Shown in pieces: positions 9,648 through 19,774 of a DNA stretch of 64,000 nucleotides (positions are counted from its first letter, which is position 1; each line of letters starts with the position of its first letter). The stretch lies in the IMG/VR virus record IMGVR_UViG_3300014325_000011, positions 1 to 64,000 of that record, one strand, 5' to 3'. The notes under the pieces were generated by a model. That model had not been told where the DNA came from. It saw only the letters and a program-made list of their open reading frames with translations, and did no database searches. The position numbers and the translations under genes were made by a program. This DNA comes from a virus.

Positions 9648-10949
9648 CATGTCGACGAAACGCGAATAGTGGCCTTGGAACGCGACCGTCACAACACCTG
9701 TCGCCCCGTGCCGGTTCTTGTCCACAATCAGGTCTGCTTCACCGGCACGCGACGACTCCGGACTCACCGCGTCCTCACGGTGGATGAGGATGATCCCGTC
9801 GGCGTCCTGTTCGATCGCCCCCGAGTCACGCAGATCCGACTTCTGCGGACGCTTCTCGGCCCGGTGTTCTGATTGGCGGTTCAGTTGCGCCAAGGCGATG
9901 ACGGGGATCTCCAGTTCCTTCGCCATCGCCTTCAGGCCGGCGGAGATCTCCGAGACCTCGGTCTGCCGGTTCTCGCCCCGGCGCACTGGAGACATCAGTT
10001 GGAGATAGTCGACCGCAACCAGACGTAGATCCCGACGCTGCTTCAACCGCCGAGCCGACGCCCGAATCTGCGCGATCGTCAAGCCGGAGCGGTCGTCGAT
10101 GGACAGGGGTGCATCGGACAGCATCTCCAGCCAATACGAAATCCGCTCCCACTCTTCCGGCCCGACCTGACCCGAGCGAAGCGCATGCAGGCCGATGCGG
10201 GTGTCCGCGGCAAGCAGTTTCATGGCGATCTCGGCGCGGGGCATCTCCAGAGAGAAGAACGCGGCCGGCATCTTCTTGTAGACCGCGACGTGCCGCAGCA
10301 TGTCAAGTACGAGGGTGGTTTTGCCGACACCCGGCCTGGCTGCGATCACCCACAGGTGGCCCGGCTGCAATCCGGATGTGAGCGCGTCGAAGTCCGTGAA
10401 CCCAGTCGGCACGCCAGCGTGACCTGCCTTGCCCTGCTCGACATCTTCGAGTACCGAACCGAGGACATCGCCAAGGTCGACCATGGATGTGCCGGTGTCC
10501 CCCGACGACAGGGCAAGCATCTCGTCCTGCGACTGCGCGACAGCGTCGGTCGGGTCGGCGCCGGGTGCGTGTGCCCGCTGGTAGGCGCGCATCGCGGTCT
10601 CTGCCAACCCGCGTAGCGCCGCCTTCTTCGCGACGATCCCTGCGTAGTGCCCGGCGTTCGCCATCGAGGGCACCGATGCAACCAGGTCGTGCAGATAGCT
10701 CTGACCGCCAACCGTCACGAGGTCGCCACGTCGACTCAGTTCGTGGGCGACCGATAGCGGATCGACTGGCTGCCCATCCCCCCGCATCGCAACCATCGCC
10801 GCGAACACGGTGGCGTGCGCGGGGCGGAAGAACATCGGTGGTGTCATCTCGTCCGAGAGACGTTCGCACCACTGTGACGACAGCATCATCGACCCGAGCA
10901 CGGCCATCTCCGCGTCGATCGCATGCGGTGGAAGCAGGTCGTCACTCAT
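9639..10949 (-). CDS. dnaB: Replicative DNA helicase
   Basis: PPHAIDAE, Walker A AARPGVGKT, FSLEM, VDYLQL, AQLNR, DLRDSGAIEQDAD, KNRHG. Confidence 0.97.
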   Translation of the reverse strand: MSDDLLPPHAIDAEMAVLGSMMLSSQWCERLSDEMTPPMFFRPAHATVFAAMVAMRGDGQPVDPLSVAHELSRRGDLVTVGGQSYLHDLVASVPSMANAGHYAGIVAKKAALRGLAETAMRAYQRAHAPGADPTDAVAQSQDEMLALSSGDTGTSMVDLGDVLGSVLEDVEQGKAGHAGVPTGFTDFDALTSGLQPGHLWVIAARPGVGKTTLVLDMLRHVAVYKKMPAAFFSLEMPRAEIAMKLLAADTRIGLHALRSGQVGPEEWERISYWLEMLSDAPLSIDDRSGLTIAQIRASARRLKQRRDLRLVAVDYLQLMSPVRRGENRQTEVSEISAGLKAMAKELEIPVIALAQLNRQSEHRAEKRPQKSDLRDSGAIEQDADGIILIHREDAVSPESSRAGEADLIVDKNRHGATGVVTVAFQGHYSRFVDMAN

Positions 10950-11547
10950 CGCCAACCGCCGGGGTGTAGACGTCCGCAAGACCCGCGATCATTCTTCGGA
11001 TCGCGACCTGACCGTCCGGGTTCGGGGGCGGCGCCTCCGGTGGCAGAACACCCCACCCCCCGGGCAGGGCCTTCGGCTCGGCGAGGCGCGCAGCAAGCAC
11101 CGGGTATGGGGTGGTAGCCAGTTCCCGCATCGCTTCGTCTCGCGCCGCCGCATAGCCAGCGACGAACCGGCCACGCGCGTAACGGTCGTCCTCGTCGAAG
11201 ACCAGCCAGCCAACCGTCCGAGCACACGCGAGGGCCGCAGGGTGGATGGAAGGCTCCGGGCCGATGCGACGGTCCAGCCAGTGGCGGAACCTGAGCGCCT
11301 GGGCGTAGGCGGTCTCCGGGTCCGGCGGTAGCGCGCCTATCTGGTTGGCGACCCGCCGGCGAATGTCGGCCACGGCGATGAACGGACCTGTAACGGCGAA
11401 GTGCTCGTGGACTGCCGCGGTTGCCGCGTCGGCGGGGATGTCGGCGAGAGCGGCACCCCACACCTCTGTCGTGTTCTCAGCGAGCGGCATCGAAGGCGAG
11501 TAGGCCGCGATCAGGTCGATCAGCTCTTGTGTTTCGAGACTGTTCAC
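10942..11547 (-). CDS. Putative helicase loader/inhibitor (G39P-like)
   Basis: LIDLIAAY...W..ALAD...A..AV..H....F..VADIR pattern; lies between initiator and dnaB. Confidence 0.6.
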   Translation of the reverse strand: MNSLETQELIDLIAAYSPSMPLAENTTEVWGAALADIPADAATAAVHEHFAVTGPFIAVADIRRRVANQIGALPPDPETAYAQALRFRHWLDRRIGPEPSIHPAALACARTVGWLVFDEDDRYARGRFVAGYAAARDEAMRELATTPYPVLAARLAEPKALPGGWGVLPPEAPPPNPDGQVAIRRMIAGLADVYTPAVGDE

Positions 11548-12629
11548 GCGGTCTCCCCGTCGATCACGATTGGGTACAGCGACGTCTGACTAGCCGGAGG
11601 CTGACCGAGGGGCGGCATGCCAAGACGGGCCCGGTTCTCAGCCCGAATCCGCGCCGAACGCTCGGCCGCGGACTCCGGACGTGAGCCGGCGACAGCTCGC
11701 GGCCGGGCCGAACCGGGCCTACGCCCGTCGATGGCCTGACGGATGTACTTCGCGAGCAGTCCAGGACCGACATCGGCACCGGCGCGCTGGTCCTCGCGGA
11801 GAAGTTGCAGTGCGGTTCGCACTCGCTTCTCGTCGATGCCCTCGGCGAGGTGCGTCTCGATGGCTGCCGACGCCCACTCGCGTTCCTTGCGCGGAGGCGT
11901 CGACGGGAAGCTGTCGAGGTACTCGTCGAGCAGTTCGCTGCCAGTCATCGTCGCCGGAGGCAACGGGCGACGCCCGGTGGCCTGCGTATCGGCAGGTGAG
12001 GCGGGTTGCGTCCCGGTCGAGCGACGGCCAGCCAGGGAAGCGACGGTCGCTTCGGACGAAGCGTCGCCCGCTTCCGCGCGCGAAGCGGGTTCAGGTTCGG
12101 GTTCGGGTTGCTTCACGCTTCCCGAAGGGAAGCTGTGAAGCGTAGACGCTTCGCTCTGCGAAGCGAAGCCCGCTTCGTCTGTCGAAGCGTCGTTCGCTTC
12201 GATTGAAGCGTCGTTCGCTTCGTCGCTTCGTGCGTCCCGCTTCGCCCGTCGGGCCTCGCCGGACCTCTTTCCGCCGCGTCGTCCCAGCTCAGCCATGTCG
12301 ACCGACGATCGACGCACTCTCTCTGATCGTTCAGGCCGGTCTGTCGGCGCCTTCTCCGGTGCGGCGTAGTCGCCCCAGTCGTGGAACCGCCAGCCGCCGC
12401 CGTCGCATGGCTCCCACAGTCCGGCTGTCACCAGCGCCCGTGCGGCCTTCGCACCCTTCGACCCGAGCAGGCGCCGCGGATACTCCCTCGGGATGAACCC
12501 GTTGAGCCCGTTGCGGTGGGTGTAGGTGTTGGCGCAGGTGTGCAGGGTGATGCTGCACGGGTCGGCGTCGATGGCTGCCATGACCTTCGGGTGGTCGTCG
12601 AAGGTGTCGTCGTACCGCGCCCAGCTCAC
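11544..12629 (-). CDS. Phage replication initiator-like protein
   Basis: WARYDDTFDDHPKV...LVTAGLWE...W.FHDW.DY N-terminus; internal repeats; upstream of loader and dnaB. Confidence 0.7.
   Translation of the reverse strand: MSWARYDDTFDDHPKVMAAIDADPCSITLHTCANTYTHRNGLNGFIPREYPRRLLGSKGAKAARALVTAGLWEPCDGGGWRFHDWGDYAAPEKAPTDRPERSERVRRSSVDMAELGRRGGKRSGEARRAKRDARSDEANDASIEANDASTDEAGFASQSEASTLHSFPSGSVKQPEPEPEPASRAEAGDASSEATVASLAGRRSTGTQPASPADTQATGRRPLPPATMTGSELLDEYLDSFPSTPPRKEREWASAAIETHLAEGIDEKRVRTALQLLREDQRAGADVGPGLLAKYIRQAIDGRRPGSARPRAVAGSRPESAAERSARIRAENRARLGMPPLGQPPASQTSLYPIVIDGETA
12037..12243. repeat. Iteron cluster / putative replication origin inside the initiator gene
   Basis: 19 GAAGC/GCTTC pentamers in about 210 bp; five GAAGC-N7-GCTTC units. 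Confidence 0.65.
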
Positions 12630-13576
12630 TCGATCACCCCTTGGGCGATCAACTCGGTGGCGCGCTCGTCGAGACGGCGCAATGTGTTCCACACGCAGCC
12701 GGCGAAGTACGGCCACCGACTCCCGTAGGCCAGCCCCTGCTTCGCGGCGGTGACTTCCATGAGCTGGAACAGTTGCTCGGCGGGAACCCCTGCATCCATC
12801 CACCGGGACAGTTGCTGACGCTCGACGGCGGAGAGAATGGGAAGGTTGCGCGGGAAGAGGGACGTCCAATGTCTCGACAGATCGTCGAGATCTGTAAGAC
12901 GACCAGCAGAGTTGCGGCGGATCTCCTCTGCTGCAACTTGCTTAGCCCTTGCCCAGCGGAGCGCATCGGCGGCCACGTCGTCGACGATCGCCGCGTCTGG
13001 CGGAACCGAAGATTTTCCGCCGTTGCAATCGGCGCACGCGGTCACAAGGTTCGACGGATCGTTGGTGCCACCAAGGGCGCGCGGCGTCACATGGTCAACG
13101 GTCAACTGGACTTCGGGTGGCGTACGACCGCAGTACCGGCAGGCGAAGTTATCGCGCCGGAAGATTTCGTAACGGAGACGCCGGGGAACCTTCCCACCCT
13201 TGACAGCTGGTGTGGCGGGAGGAAGTTGCCACGGCCGAATGTCGGCGTAGATGACTAGGTTGGCTCCCAAGCCGTTGACTGCTCGGGCGAGGTAGCCGGC
13301 GTCGACCAGAAGTGGGAGATAGATCGCCACCTCGCTCCAGACCCGGTCCTCGTGGATCTGGTCCGTGAAGTCGTAGGCGTACCCTGGCTGGAGTTCGGAT
13401 AGAACCCAGTCCAAGTAAGCGCGCTCGGTCTGACTCAACTCGCCTTGGACAACGCGGAGCGGCGCACCCTCGAAGCTGTCGAGATCCTCGGGCGTCGCGT
13501 AGACAAGCAGATGGCTGGAGTCGCAAGAATCTTCGCAAAATTCGGCCGACTTGTCGCCAATGAAGGTTACCGGCAT
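12626..13576 (-). CDS. HNH endonuclease domain protein
   Basis: LRYEIFRRDNFACRYCG...VDHVTPRALGG.ND.SNLVTAC.DCN.GK; GAAAGG RBS. Confidence 0.88.
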   Translation of the reverse strand: MPVTFIGDKSAEFCEDSCDSSHLLVYATPEDLDSFEGAPLRVVQGELSQTERAYLDWVLSELQPGYAYDFTDQIHEDRVWSEVAIYLPLLVDAGYLARAVNGLGANLVIYADIRPWQLPPATPAVKGGKVPRRLRYEIFRRDNFACRYCGRTPPEVQLTVDHVTPRALGGTNDPSNLVTACADCNGGKSSVPPDAAIVDDVAADALRWARAKQVAAEEIRRNSAGRLTDLDDLSRHWTSLFPRNLPILSAVERQQLSRWMDAGVPAEQLFQLMEVTAAKQGLAYGSRWPYFAGCVWNTLRRLDERATELIAQGVIE

Positions 13577-13680
13577 GGTAGCCTTTCCGTAGAGCGTAGG
13601 TTGGGTTGTCCGGCGGGAACCGGATGGCACACGTGAGAGGCCCGGTCACTACCCCCCGAGGTGGCCGGGCCTCTTGCTGT

Positions 13681-14202
13681 TCAGGGGTCCACTGCGGCCA
13701 CCGCCTCGTAGCCGCCGTCCGCGGTCAGCAGCACCCGCCGGCCACCCACGAGCAGCACAGGCTGTGAGGCCGGGTCCAGCCACGAGCGGACCGACCAGCC
13801 CTCGTCAAAACGACGCGGCGAACGATCACAAAGTGCGTGGCAGCCTTCGCCCGCATCCCTGCCGCAGACGTCGAGCAGGTTCGTGACGGTGTGGTCGCCG
13901 TGGCCTCGGCGCTGCCGGTGCTGTACCGAGCTGTGGCCGGGACGTAGGACGGTGCCGCACAGTTCGCAGCGGCCACCTGAGCGGCGGCGGACGACGGCCC
14001 GCACGTCGGTGGTGACCGGGTCGGGCGTGGGCTTGGCGGTCTTCCACCTAGGTGCCGTGAGGCGCCCCGGTTCGGCGCATCGGTGCAGTTCGGACCGGGT
14101 GAGCGTCGACCAGAGCGGCCCGTCGTGCTGTGCCTCGCGTCTGGCGGAGACCTGCCGTAGTGGGCCGCCGCGAGGCATGGGGGTGCGGCGTTGTAGTCCC
14201 AT
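13681..14202 (-). CDS. HNH-like Zn-binding nuclease
   Basis: RRSGGRCELCG...HR..RG.G....NLL.VCG....GCH. Confidence 0.7.
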   Translation of the reverse strand: MGLQRRTPMPRGGPLRQVSARREAQHDGPLWSTLTRSELHRCAEPGRLTAPRWKTAKPTPDPVTTDVRAVVRRRSGGRCELCGTVLRPGHSSVQHRQRRGHGDHTVTNLLDVCGRDAGEGCHALCDRSPRRFDEGWSVRSWLDPASQPVLLVGGRRVLLTADGGYEAVAAVDP

Positions 14203-14280
14203 CCCACCCCCTGGTCTGTGGCTGCTGTCGGCCGTGTGGGGTCCAGCATGGCACATGCCGTCCTAAACGACTAGTCGCCC

Positions 14281-14309
14281 TTGACGGATCAAGGACAGTC
14301 TAGGACAAT
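14281..14309 (+). promoter_or_regulatory. Sigma70-type promoter at the strand switch
   Basis: TTGACG-N17-GACAAT, followed by palindrome TGCGGTGC-CC-GCACCGCA. Confidence 0.55.
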
Positions 14310-14355
14310 GGTTGCGGTGCCCGCACCGCACGGGCTCTGAGCAGGGGGGCTTCTG

Positions 14356-14945
14356 TTGACCATCACCACCGACCAGCCAGCACTCGCCGGCCTGGCCGCC
14401 ATAGACCCGCACGACGCGGCGCTGATCGCCGTCATCTCGGGCGGGGTCGACCCGTTCGAGCCCTACGCCAAGGCGACCTGCCCGGACGGCGTGGACCTGC
14501 ACGACTGGCGCTGGGATCTGCTGGAGGAAGCCCAGAACCTGGCCGTCGGCAACGAGACGCTGGCGGACGCGGTCCAGAAGTTGATCGACGTGTTCTGGCC
14601 GCCGGTCGACGTCGAGGACGTGTTCGACATCGCCCCGTACGGCGTCGACGAGGACATTGACCCGCTCAACCTGGGTGACGCGGCGTGAGCGCCCCGAACC
14701 TGGCGGGACTCGTCGGCCGGAACGTCCGCATTCACCGCCCGGGTGTCTGCTCGGCCAGCGGCACCGTGACAGCCATCGACCTGCCGATCGAGTGGTCGAT
14801 CAGCACCCGCACGCCTGATGGTGTTCGTGACGACGGGAAGGCCGTCGGTCGACTGGTCACCTTCGACAGCGGCAGGTGCGCGGTCGTCTTCGCGGAATCC
14901 ACCATCGAGGTTCTGCCCGAAGAGGCGCAGGCGGTGGCCCGGTGA
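14356..14945 (+). other. Two coupled hypothetical CDSs (14356-14688, 14685-14945)
   Basis: GTGA overlaps; coding-like composition. Confidence 0.6.
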
Positions 14946-15223
14946 GCGACTGGTCCGACGCCATCGACGCGATGGTGGCCGACGTCGAGAGTCGAGAGGC
15001 GCCAGAGGTGCCGACCGGTTTCGACGCCCTCATCGAGGCATTCCAGATCTTCCGCAGGTACGGCAACCCGTCGTCGCCGACGTTCTGCCAGCACGACGCC
15101 CTCTACGTCTGCGTCGCCTACTCGACGGTGAGTGACGAGGACAAGGCCCGACTGGACGTTCTCGGGTTCTTCGAGAACAAGGAAGACGACGGCTTCATGT
15201 CCTACGAGTGGGGGTCGGCGTGA
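14942..15223 (+). CDS. hypothetical protein (paralog of 19173-19397)
   Basis: PTGFDALIEAFQIFRRYGNPSSPTFCQHD...GSA. Confidence 0.7.
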   Translation: MSDWSDAIDAMVADVESREAPEVPTGFDALIEAFQIFRRYGNPSSPTFCQHDALYVCVAYSTVSDEDKARLDVLGFFENKEDDGFMSYEWGSA

Positions 15224-16365
15224 GCGCCGTCCTCACGATCCCGACGCCGGACGAGGTTGAGATCGACCCGGCCTCGGGCCGAATCATCGACGTGTACGAA
15301 CAGCCGTCGTCCCTGTGGCAGGCCCGCTGCGCCTGCGGCGTGCTGACCCCAGTCGCGGCTGACCGTCAGCAGGTTGAGGCGTGGGGACGGGGCCACCGAC
15401 ACGAACGGGTCATCGAGGAGTCGACCGGCGGTCTGCTGCCCGACTCGGACGGCCTGTGGATGGTCGTCTGCCCCTGCGGCGCGTTCTCGCGCGGCTGGAC
15501 CCGGGAGAAGGCCGACCTCGTGTGGCGGTGGCATCTGGAGGACTCCTGCCTGCTGCGCCGTGGGGCGGTGGCGGCGTGAGCGCCTTCCTGGAGCGGCTGT
15601 CCGATGAGGCGATCGTCGCCGCGCTGGCCGTCGACTTCGCGGCGATGAGCCCCGGCACACTGCGCGACGACCTGTGTGATGCCCTGTTCGACGAGGCCGG
15701 CGGCGACCGGGCCACAGCCCTGTGGGTCAGGGCCTGCGAACTCGACGACGCCCGGCGGAGTGCCTGATGGGCGCCTACCCCGCGATGGTGACGTTCACCG
15801 GTTCCCGCCGTCCGATCCTCCCGCTGATGGTCTCGATTGGAGACAGCCCGCGCGAGATTGAGGACGCGATCCGCAACCACGTCTGGCCGTCGGTGCTCGG
15901 CGACATTGAGGTGCTACTCGACCCCGTCACCGGCACAGGCCGGGTGGTCTCCGGTTCGCGGACCGTCGCCCACTTCGTCATCGAGACGGCGGTGGCCGCA
16001 TGAGGACTACCGATCTGTTCGCCTGGCAGTTCGACGGTCACAGGGTCGTTGTCGCCGAGGACCCGCACGGCGACCTGGAGATCACCCCGTACTGCCCGGG
16101 ACTTGCCGACGGGGCAACACCGTGGTGCCGGGTGCCACAGACCTACGGCGGACTGTTGCGTTCCACGTTGGACCCGGCGTCATGGTGCGCGTTCGACCAC
16201 TGGTGGTCTGATCCGCCGGGTGACTGGCTAGCCGACGGCTACACGGTGGGGGCGCTAACTGCGGGTGTGTGGGAGATCGCCTGGAAGGTCGACGAGAGCC
16301 GCCAGGAGCCGATCTGGATGCCGTGGGTGCAGGTCGCCGCGGTCCGAGAGCCGGTGACGGCGTGA
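15220..16365 (+). other. Coupled small hypothetical CDSs (15220-15579, 15576-15767, 15767-16003, 16000-16365)
   Basis: GTGA/TGATG/ATGA overlaps. Confidence 0.6.
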
Positions 16366-16817
16366 CAGAACCGTTCCGGGTCCTGGTGACCGGGTCCAGA
16401 TCTTGGCAGGACCCCACTCGGATCGCTGGCCAGTTGGACCTTGTCCCGTGGCGTTCCGATGCGTCCGGACGGCTCGTCGTGGTTGTCCACGGCGACTGTC
16501 CAACCGGCGCTGACCGGTTCGCCCGCGACTGGGCGGAGCGGCGCAACGCCGACGGCTGGCGGGTCGAACACGAGCCGCATCCGGCCGACTGGAACCACCT
16601 CGGCAAGGGCGCCGGGTTCGCGCGAAACGCCCAGATGGTCCGGGCCGGTGCGGACATGGTCCTTGCATTCGCCCGACGCTGCGGGCTGCCCGGCCCCTGC
16701 ATGTACGACCGCCGGCCGCTTCCGCCGGGCCATTTCACCCACGGCACCCACGACTGCGTGACCCGTGCGGTTGGCGCCGGACTTGAGCTTCATATCTATC
16801 GGGAGACCGCGACATGA
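16362..16817 (+). CDS. SLOG family protein (DUF2493/YspA-like)
   Basis: RVLVTGSR.W...VVHGDCPTGAD..A..WA...AG..RN..MV..GAD.VLAF. Confidence 0.85.
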   Translation: MTEPFRVLVTGSRSWQDPTRIAGQLDLVPWRSDASGRLVVVVHGDCPTGADRFARDWAERRNADGWRVEHEPHPADWNHLGKGAGFARNAQMVRAGADMVLAFARRCGLPGPCMYDRRPLPPGHFTHGTHDCVTRAVGAGLELHIYRETAT

Positions 16818-17191
16818 CCGCCCTCGACCATCGCCTGACCAGACCTGGCGCCTTCAACGCTGCCGAAACGACCGGCGCCCACCGGATGCCCCGACAGTCC
16901 GGCCCTGACCGCACCCAAGGCGTTCTGGCAGCCGGTGTGCTGACTGCCGGTTTTCTGGCGGTCGGCGCCCTCGGCTGGTCCCGGTGGGACGCGCTGCAAA
17001 CCCCGCCGTCGACGCCCACGGCACCAGTCGTCCAGCCGTCGGATACACAACCCGACCCGACCGCCGAGTCCGGTTGCACCTTCAACGGCCAGCCCTGTGG
17101 TGAGGCCGTGCCGGCTGTCCTCGTCGGACATTCGCCGACGTCGCTCGCCGTGTCGGTGGCCATGGCCGCGGTTGGCCAGGTGGCGCCCTGA
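16814..17191 (+). CDS. membrane-anchored hypothetical protein
   Basis: One hydrophobic segment followed by a Pro/Thr-rich linker. Confidence 0.5.
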   Translation: MTALDHRLTRPGAFNAAETTGAHRMPRQSGPDRTQGVLAAGVLTAGFLAVGALGWSRWDALQTPPSTPTAPVVQPSDTQPDPTAESGCTFNGQPCGEAVPAVLVGHSPTSLAVSVAMAAVGQVAP

Positions 17192-17463
17192 TGGCCCGCG
17201 CGCTTACGCCGATTCCCGACTCGTCGCTGACCTCCGACCAGCAGGCCAACCTTGGCCACACCTTCGAGTCGAACCCGGACCGTCCGGGCTGTTGCGCACT
17301 GTGTGGCGAGAAGCCGGCCGCGGAGGCACACCGTGCGGCCTGACCGTTTCCACCAGCTCCCGTCGGCGGCGGCCCCCCCTTCCGCCGTCGACGGGGTTAC
17401 ACACCCGTCCCGGGCCGGTGTCGGTCCCACCCGGCCCGGGACGGGCACCACGGAGGCCGTCCA

Positions 17464-18846
17464 GTGACTCTGACAGTTACAGACCTGTTCGCTGGGGCCG
17501 GCGGCTCATCCACGGGCATGGCGAAGGCAGGGCTGCGCGTCGTCATCGCGGCGAACCACAGCGAACTTGCGGTCCGCACCCACCAGGCGAACCACCCGGA
17601 AACCGATCATGATCTTGCGGATATCTCACAGGTTGACTTCCGCCGCTACCCGAAGACCGATTTCCTCTGGGCCAGCCCGGAATGTACGAACCACTCGTTG
17701 GCCAAGGGCCGCCGCCGTGTCACTGGCCAAGGCGACCTGTTCGGCGCCGAAGACGACGACGTCGCAATCCGATCCCGGGCGACCATGTTCGACGTCCCCC
17801 GCGCCCTCGAAGCGGGCGTGCTTCGTGGACGTCCCTACCTGGCTGGTGTCGTCGAGAACGTCGTTGACGCGGTCGACTGGATGTACTGGGACAGTTGGAT
17901 TCGTATGTTCGACGCGGCCGGTTACCACGTCCGGCCCGTATTCCTGAACTCGATGCACGCCCAAGACGGCCTCGGCGCCCTGCCCGCACCGCAGTCCCGG
18001 GACCGGTTGTACGTCGTGTTCTGGTCGAGGAAGCTCAGCCGCACCCCGGATCTTGACATCCGCCTGCCTGCCTGGTGCCCACGCTGCGAATCCACGGTCG
18101 ACGCAATCCAGTCATGGCGACGGCCTGACCGGCTGTATGGCAAGTATCGGCAGCAGTACGACTACGCCTGCCCTGAGCCGAGGTGCCGCACGGTCGTCGA
18201 ACCGGAGGTACGTACCGCCGCCGAGGTCATCGACTGGTCTGATCTCGGCGGACGTATTGGCGACCGGACGCGCCCGCTTGCCCCTGCGACGCTCGCGCGG
18301 ATCGCTGCCGGGCTGCGTAAGTTCGCCCGGCCGATGCTCACTCCGGCCGGTGGGACGTGGAACGACGGAGCGTCGTCGGTCGACGAGCCGTTCCGCACCC
18401 GGACCACAAGAGAAACCGAAGGTATCGCCTGCCCTCCGCTGATGGTCCCGACGGAGCAACGCGCCGAACCGGGGCGCACGGCGTCGGTGCTGGGACCGTG
18501 GCGGACTCAGACGACCCGCCAGGACTTGGCGCTGGCGACCCCTCCAGACGGTCATCTGCTGATGGCCTACTACGGCAACGGCACCTGCACACCGGTTGCC
18601 GCCCCAGTGCCAACGCAGCCAACCCGGGACCGTTTTGCGCTGGTCGGTGGCGAGATCGAGGTCGAGGATTGCACGTTCCGCATGTTGCAGCCGAAGGAAA
18701 TCGCCGGCGCCATGGCGTTCCCCGAGGGCTACGTTCTGCTGGGTACCAAGCGGGACAAGGTGAAGCTTCTAGGAAACGCAGTAACACCGCCTGCTGCTGA
18801 ACTGTTGATGCGCCGCCTGGTGGACATGGTCGAGGCTGCCGCATGA
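17464..18846 (+). CDS. DNA (cytosine-5)-methyltransferase, orphan
   Basis: Motif I DLFAGAGG, IV SPECTNHS, VI ENV, VIII PQSRDR, X LGNAV. Confidence 0.92.
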   Translation: MTLTVTDLFAGAGGSSTGMAKAGLRVVIAANHSELAVRTHQANHPETDHDLADISQVDFRRYPKTDFLWASPECTNHSLAKGRRRVTGQGDLFGAEDDDVAIRSRATMFDVPRALEAGVLRGRPYLAGVVENVVDAVDWMYWDSWIRMFDAAGYHVRPVFLNSMHAQDGLGALPAPQSRDRLYVVFWSRKLSRTPDLDIRLPAWCPRCESTVDAIQSWRRPDRLYGKYRQQYDYACPEPRCRTVVEPEVRTAAEVIDWSDLGGRIGDRTRPLAPATLARIAAGLRKFARPMLTPAGGTWNDGASSVDEPFRTRTTRETEGIACPPLMVPTEQRAEPGRTASVLGPWRTQTTRQDLALATPPDGHLLMAYYGNGTCTPVAAPVPTQPTRDRFALVGGEIEVEDCTFRMLQPKEIAGAMAFPEGYVLLGTKRDKVKLLGNAVTPPAAELLMRRLVDMVEAAA

Positions 18847-19145
18847 GCCGTCAAACTGCCCGCCGGTTCGAGACGACTGTGGATCTGCGCCGCATCGCAC
18901 CAGACACGGTCACGATCCGCCGGCTTACCTCCGTCCCAGACGACGCGCTGCGGGACGAGCCGCCAACGGAGCCCGTCGTCCTGGCGTCCACCCGTTCACG
19001 TCTACGCCGGACGTTCGGAGCTGTCTGCCTCACCCTGTCGGCAGTCGTGTTCCTTGCCGCTTTGGTGTCCGCGGGCGCCTGGCTGGGCTACGCCTACGGG
19101 CTCGGCCGGTCGGCCACCGTCGTCTGCCCAGTCGACCGGCGCTAA
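18843..19145 (+). CDS. membrane hypothetical protein
   Basis: ATGA overlap; C-terminal TM helix. Confidence 0.5.
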   Translation: MSRQTARRFETTVDLRRIAPDTVTIRRLTSVPDDALRDEPPTEPVVLASTRSRLRRTFGAVCLTLSAVVFLAALVSAGAWLGYAYGLGRSATVVCPVDRR

Positions 19146-19172
19146 CCCCCAACTCCCTCCTGAAGGAGAGAC

Positions 19173-19397
19173 ATGCCCGCCGACCCAACCGGTTTCGACG
19201 CGCTGATCGAAGCGTTCACGATTTTCCGCAAGTACGGCAACCCAAGCTCGCCGACGTTCTGTGACCACGACGTTCTCTACGTCTGTGCCGACTACCACGC
19301 CGTGAGCGACGACGACAAAGCCAGGCTGGAAGTGCTCGGGTTCATCCGCAACGAGGCCGATGACGGCTTCATGTCGTTCGACTTCGGCTCGGCCTGA
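19173..19397 (+). CDS. hypothetical protein (paralog of 14942-15223)
   Basis: GAAGGAG RBS; PTGFDALIEAFTIFRKYGNPSSPTFCDHD...GSA. Confidence 0.75.
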   Translation: MPADPTGFDALIEAFTIFRKYGNPSSPTFCDHDVLYVCADYHAVSDDDKARLEVLGFIRNEADDGFMSFDFGSA

Positions 19398-19495
19398 CCC
19401 TCAGCCCCCCATACCCCCGCCGTCCCGGTGGTACCCCGCACGCCCACCCCCCTCGCGTGCGGCCGGGACGGCGGGTCACAACCCGGAGGAGAGAA

Positions 19496-19774
19496 ATGGC
19501 CTTCACGATCACGCACGCCACCGACGCCGACGGCTATGGCGAGAACCTTTATGTCCGCCACGACGGCGTCATGGTCGGCAGCCTGAACATCCAGCACGAC
19601 TGCCCCGAAGACCACACCGTCCGCCGACTCGGACTGATCACCTTCATCCAGCGCCTTCTACTGGCGGCCGGCGTCGATGACGTGGCCGTGCAGACGGTGA
19701 CGGCGTCCGCCGACGACATCGAGGACATCGCGGACGCCATCGCGCTTGAGGTCGCCGATCGGACTGGCGCCTGA
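19496..19774 (+). CDS. hypothetical protein
   Basis: GGAGGAG RBS after an intergenic hairpin. Confidence 0.6.
   Translation: MAFTITHATDADGYGENLYVRHDGVMVGSLNIQHDCPEDHTVRRLGLITFIQRLLLAAGVDDVAVQTVTASADDIEDIADAIALEVADRTGA

Noticed and set aside
17464-18846. Complete restriction-modification system
   Set aside because: No adjacent restriction endonuclease is recognisable; treated as an orphan MTase
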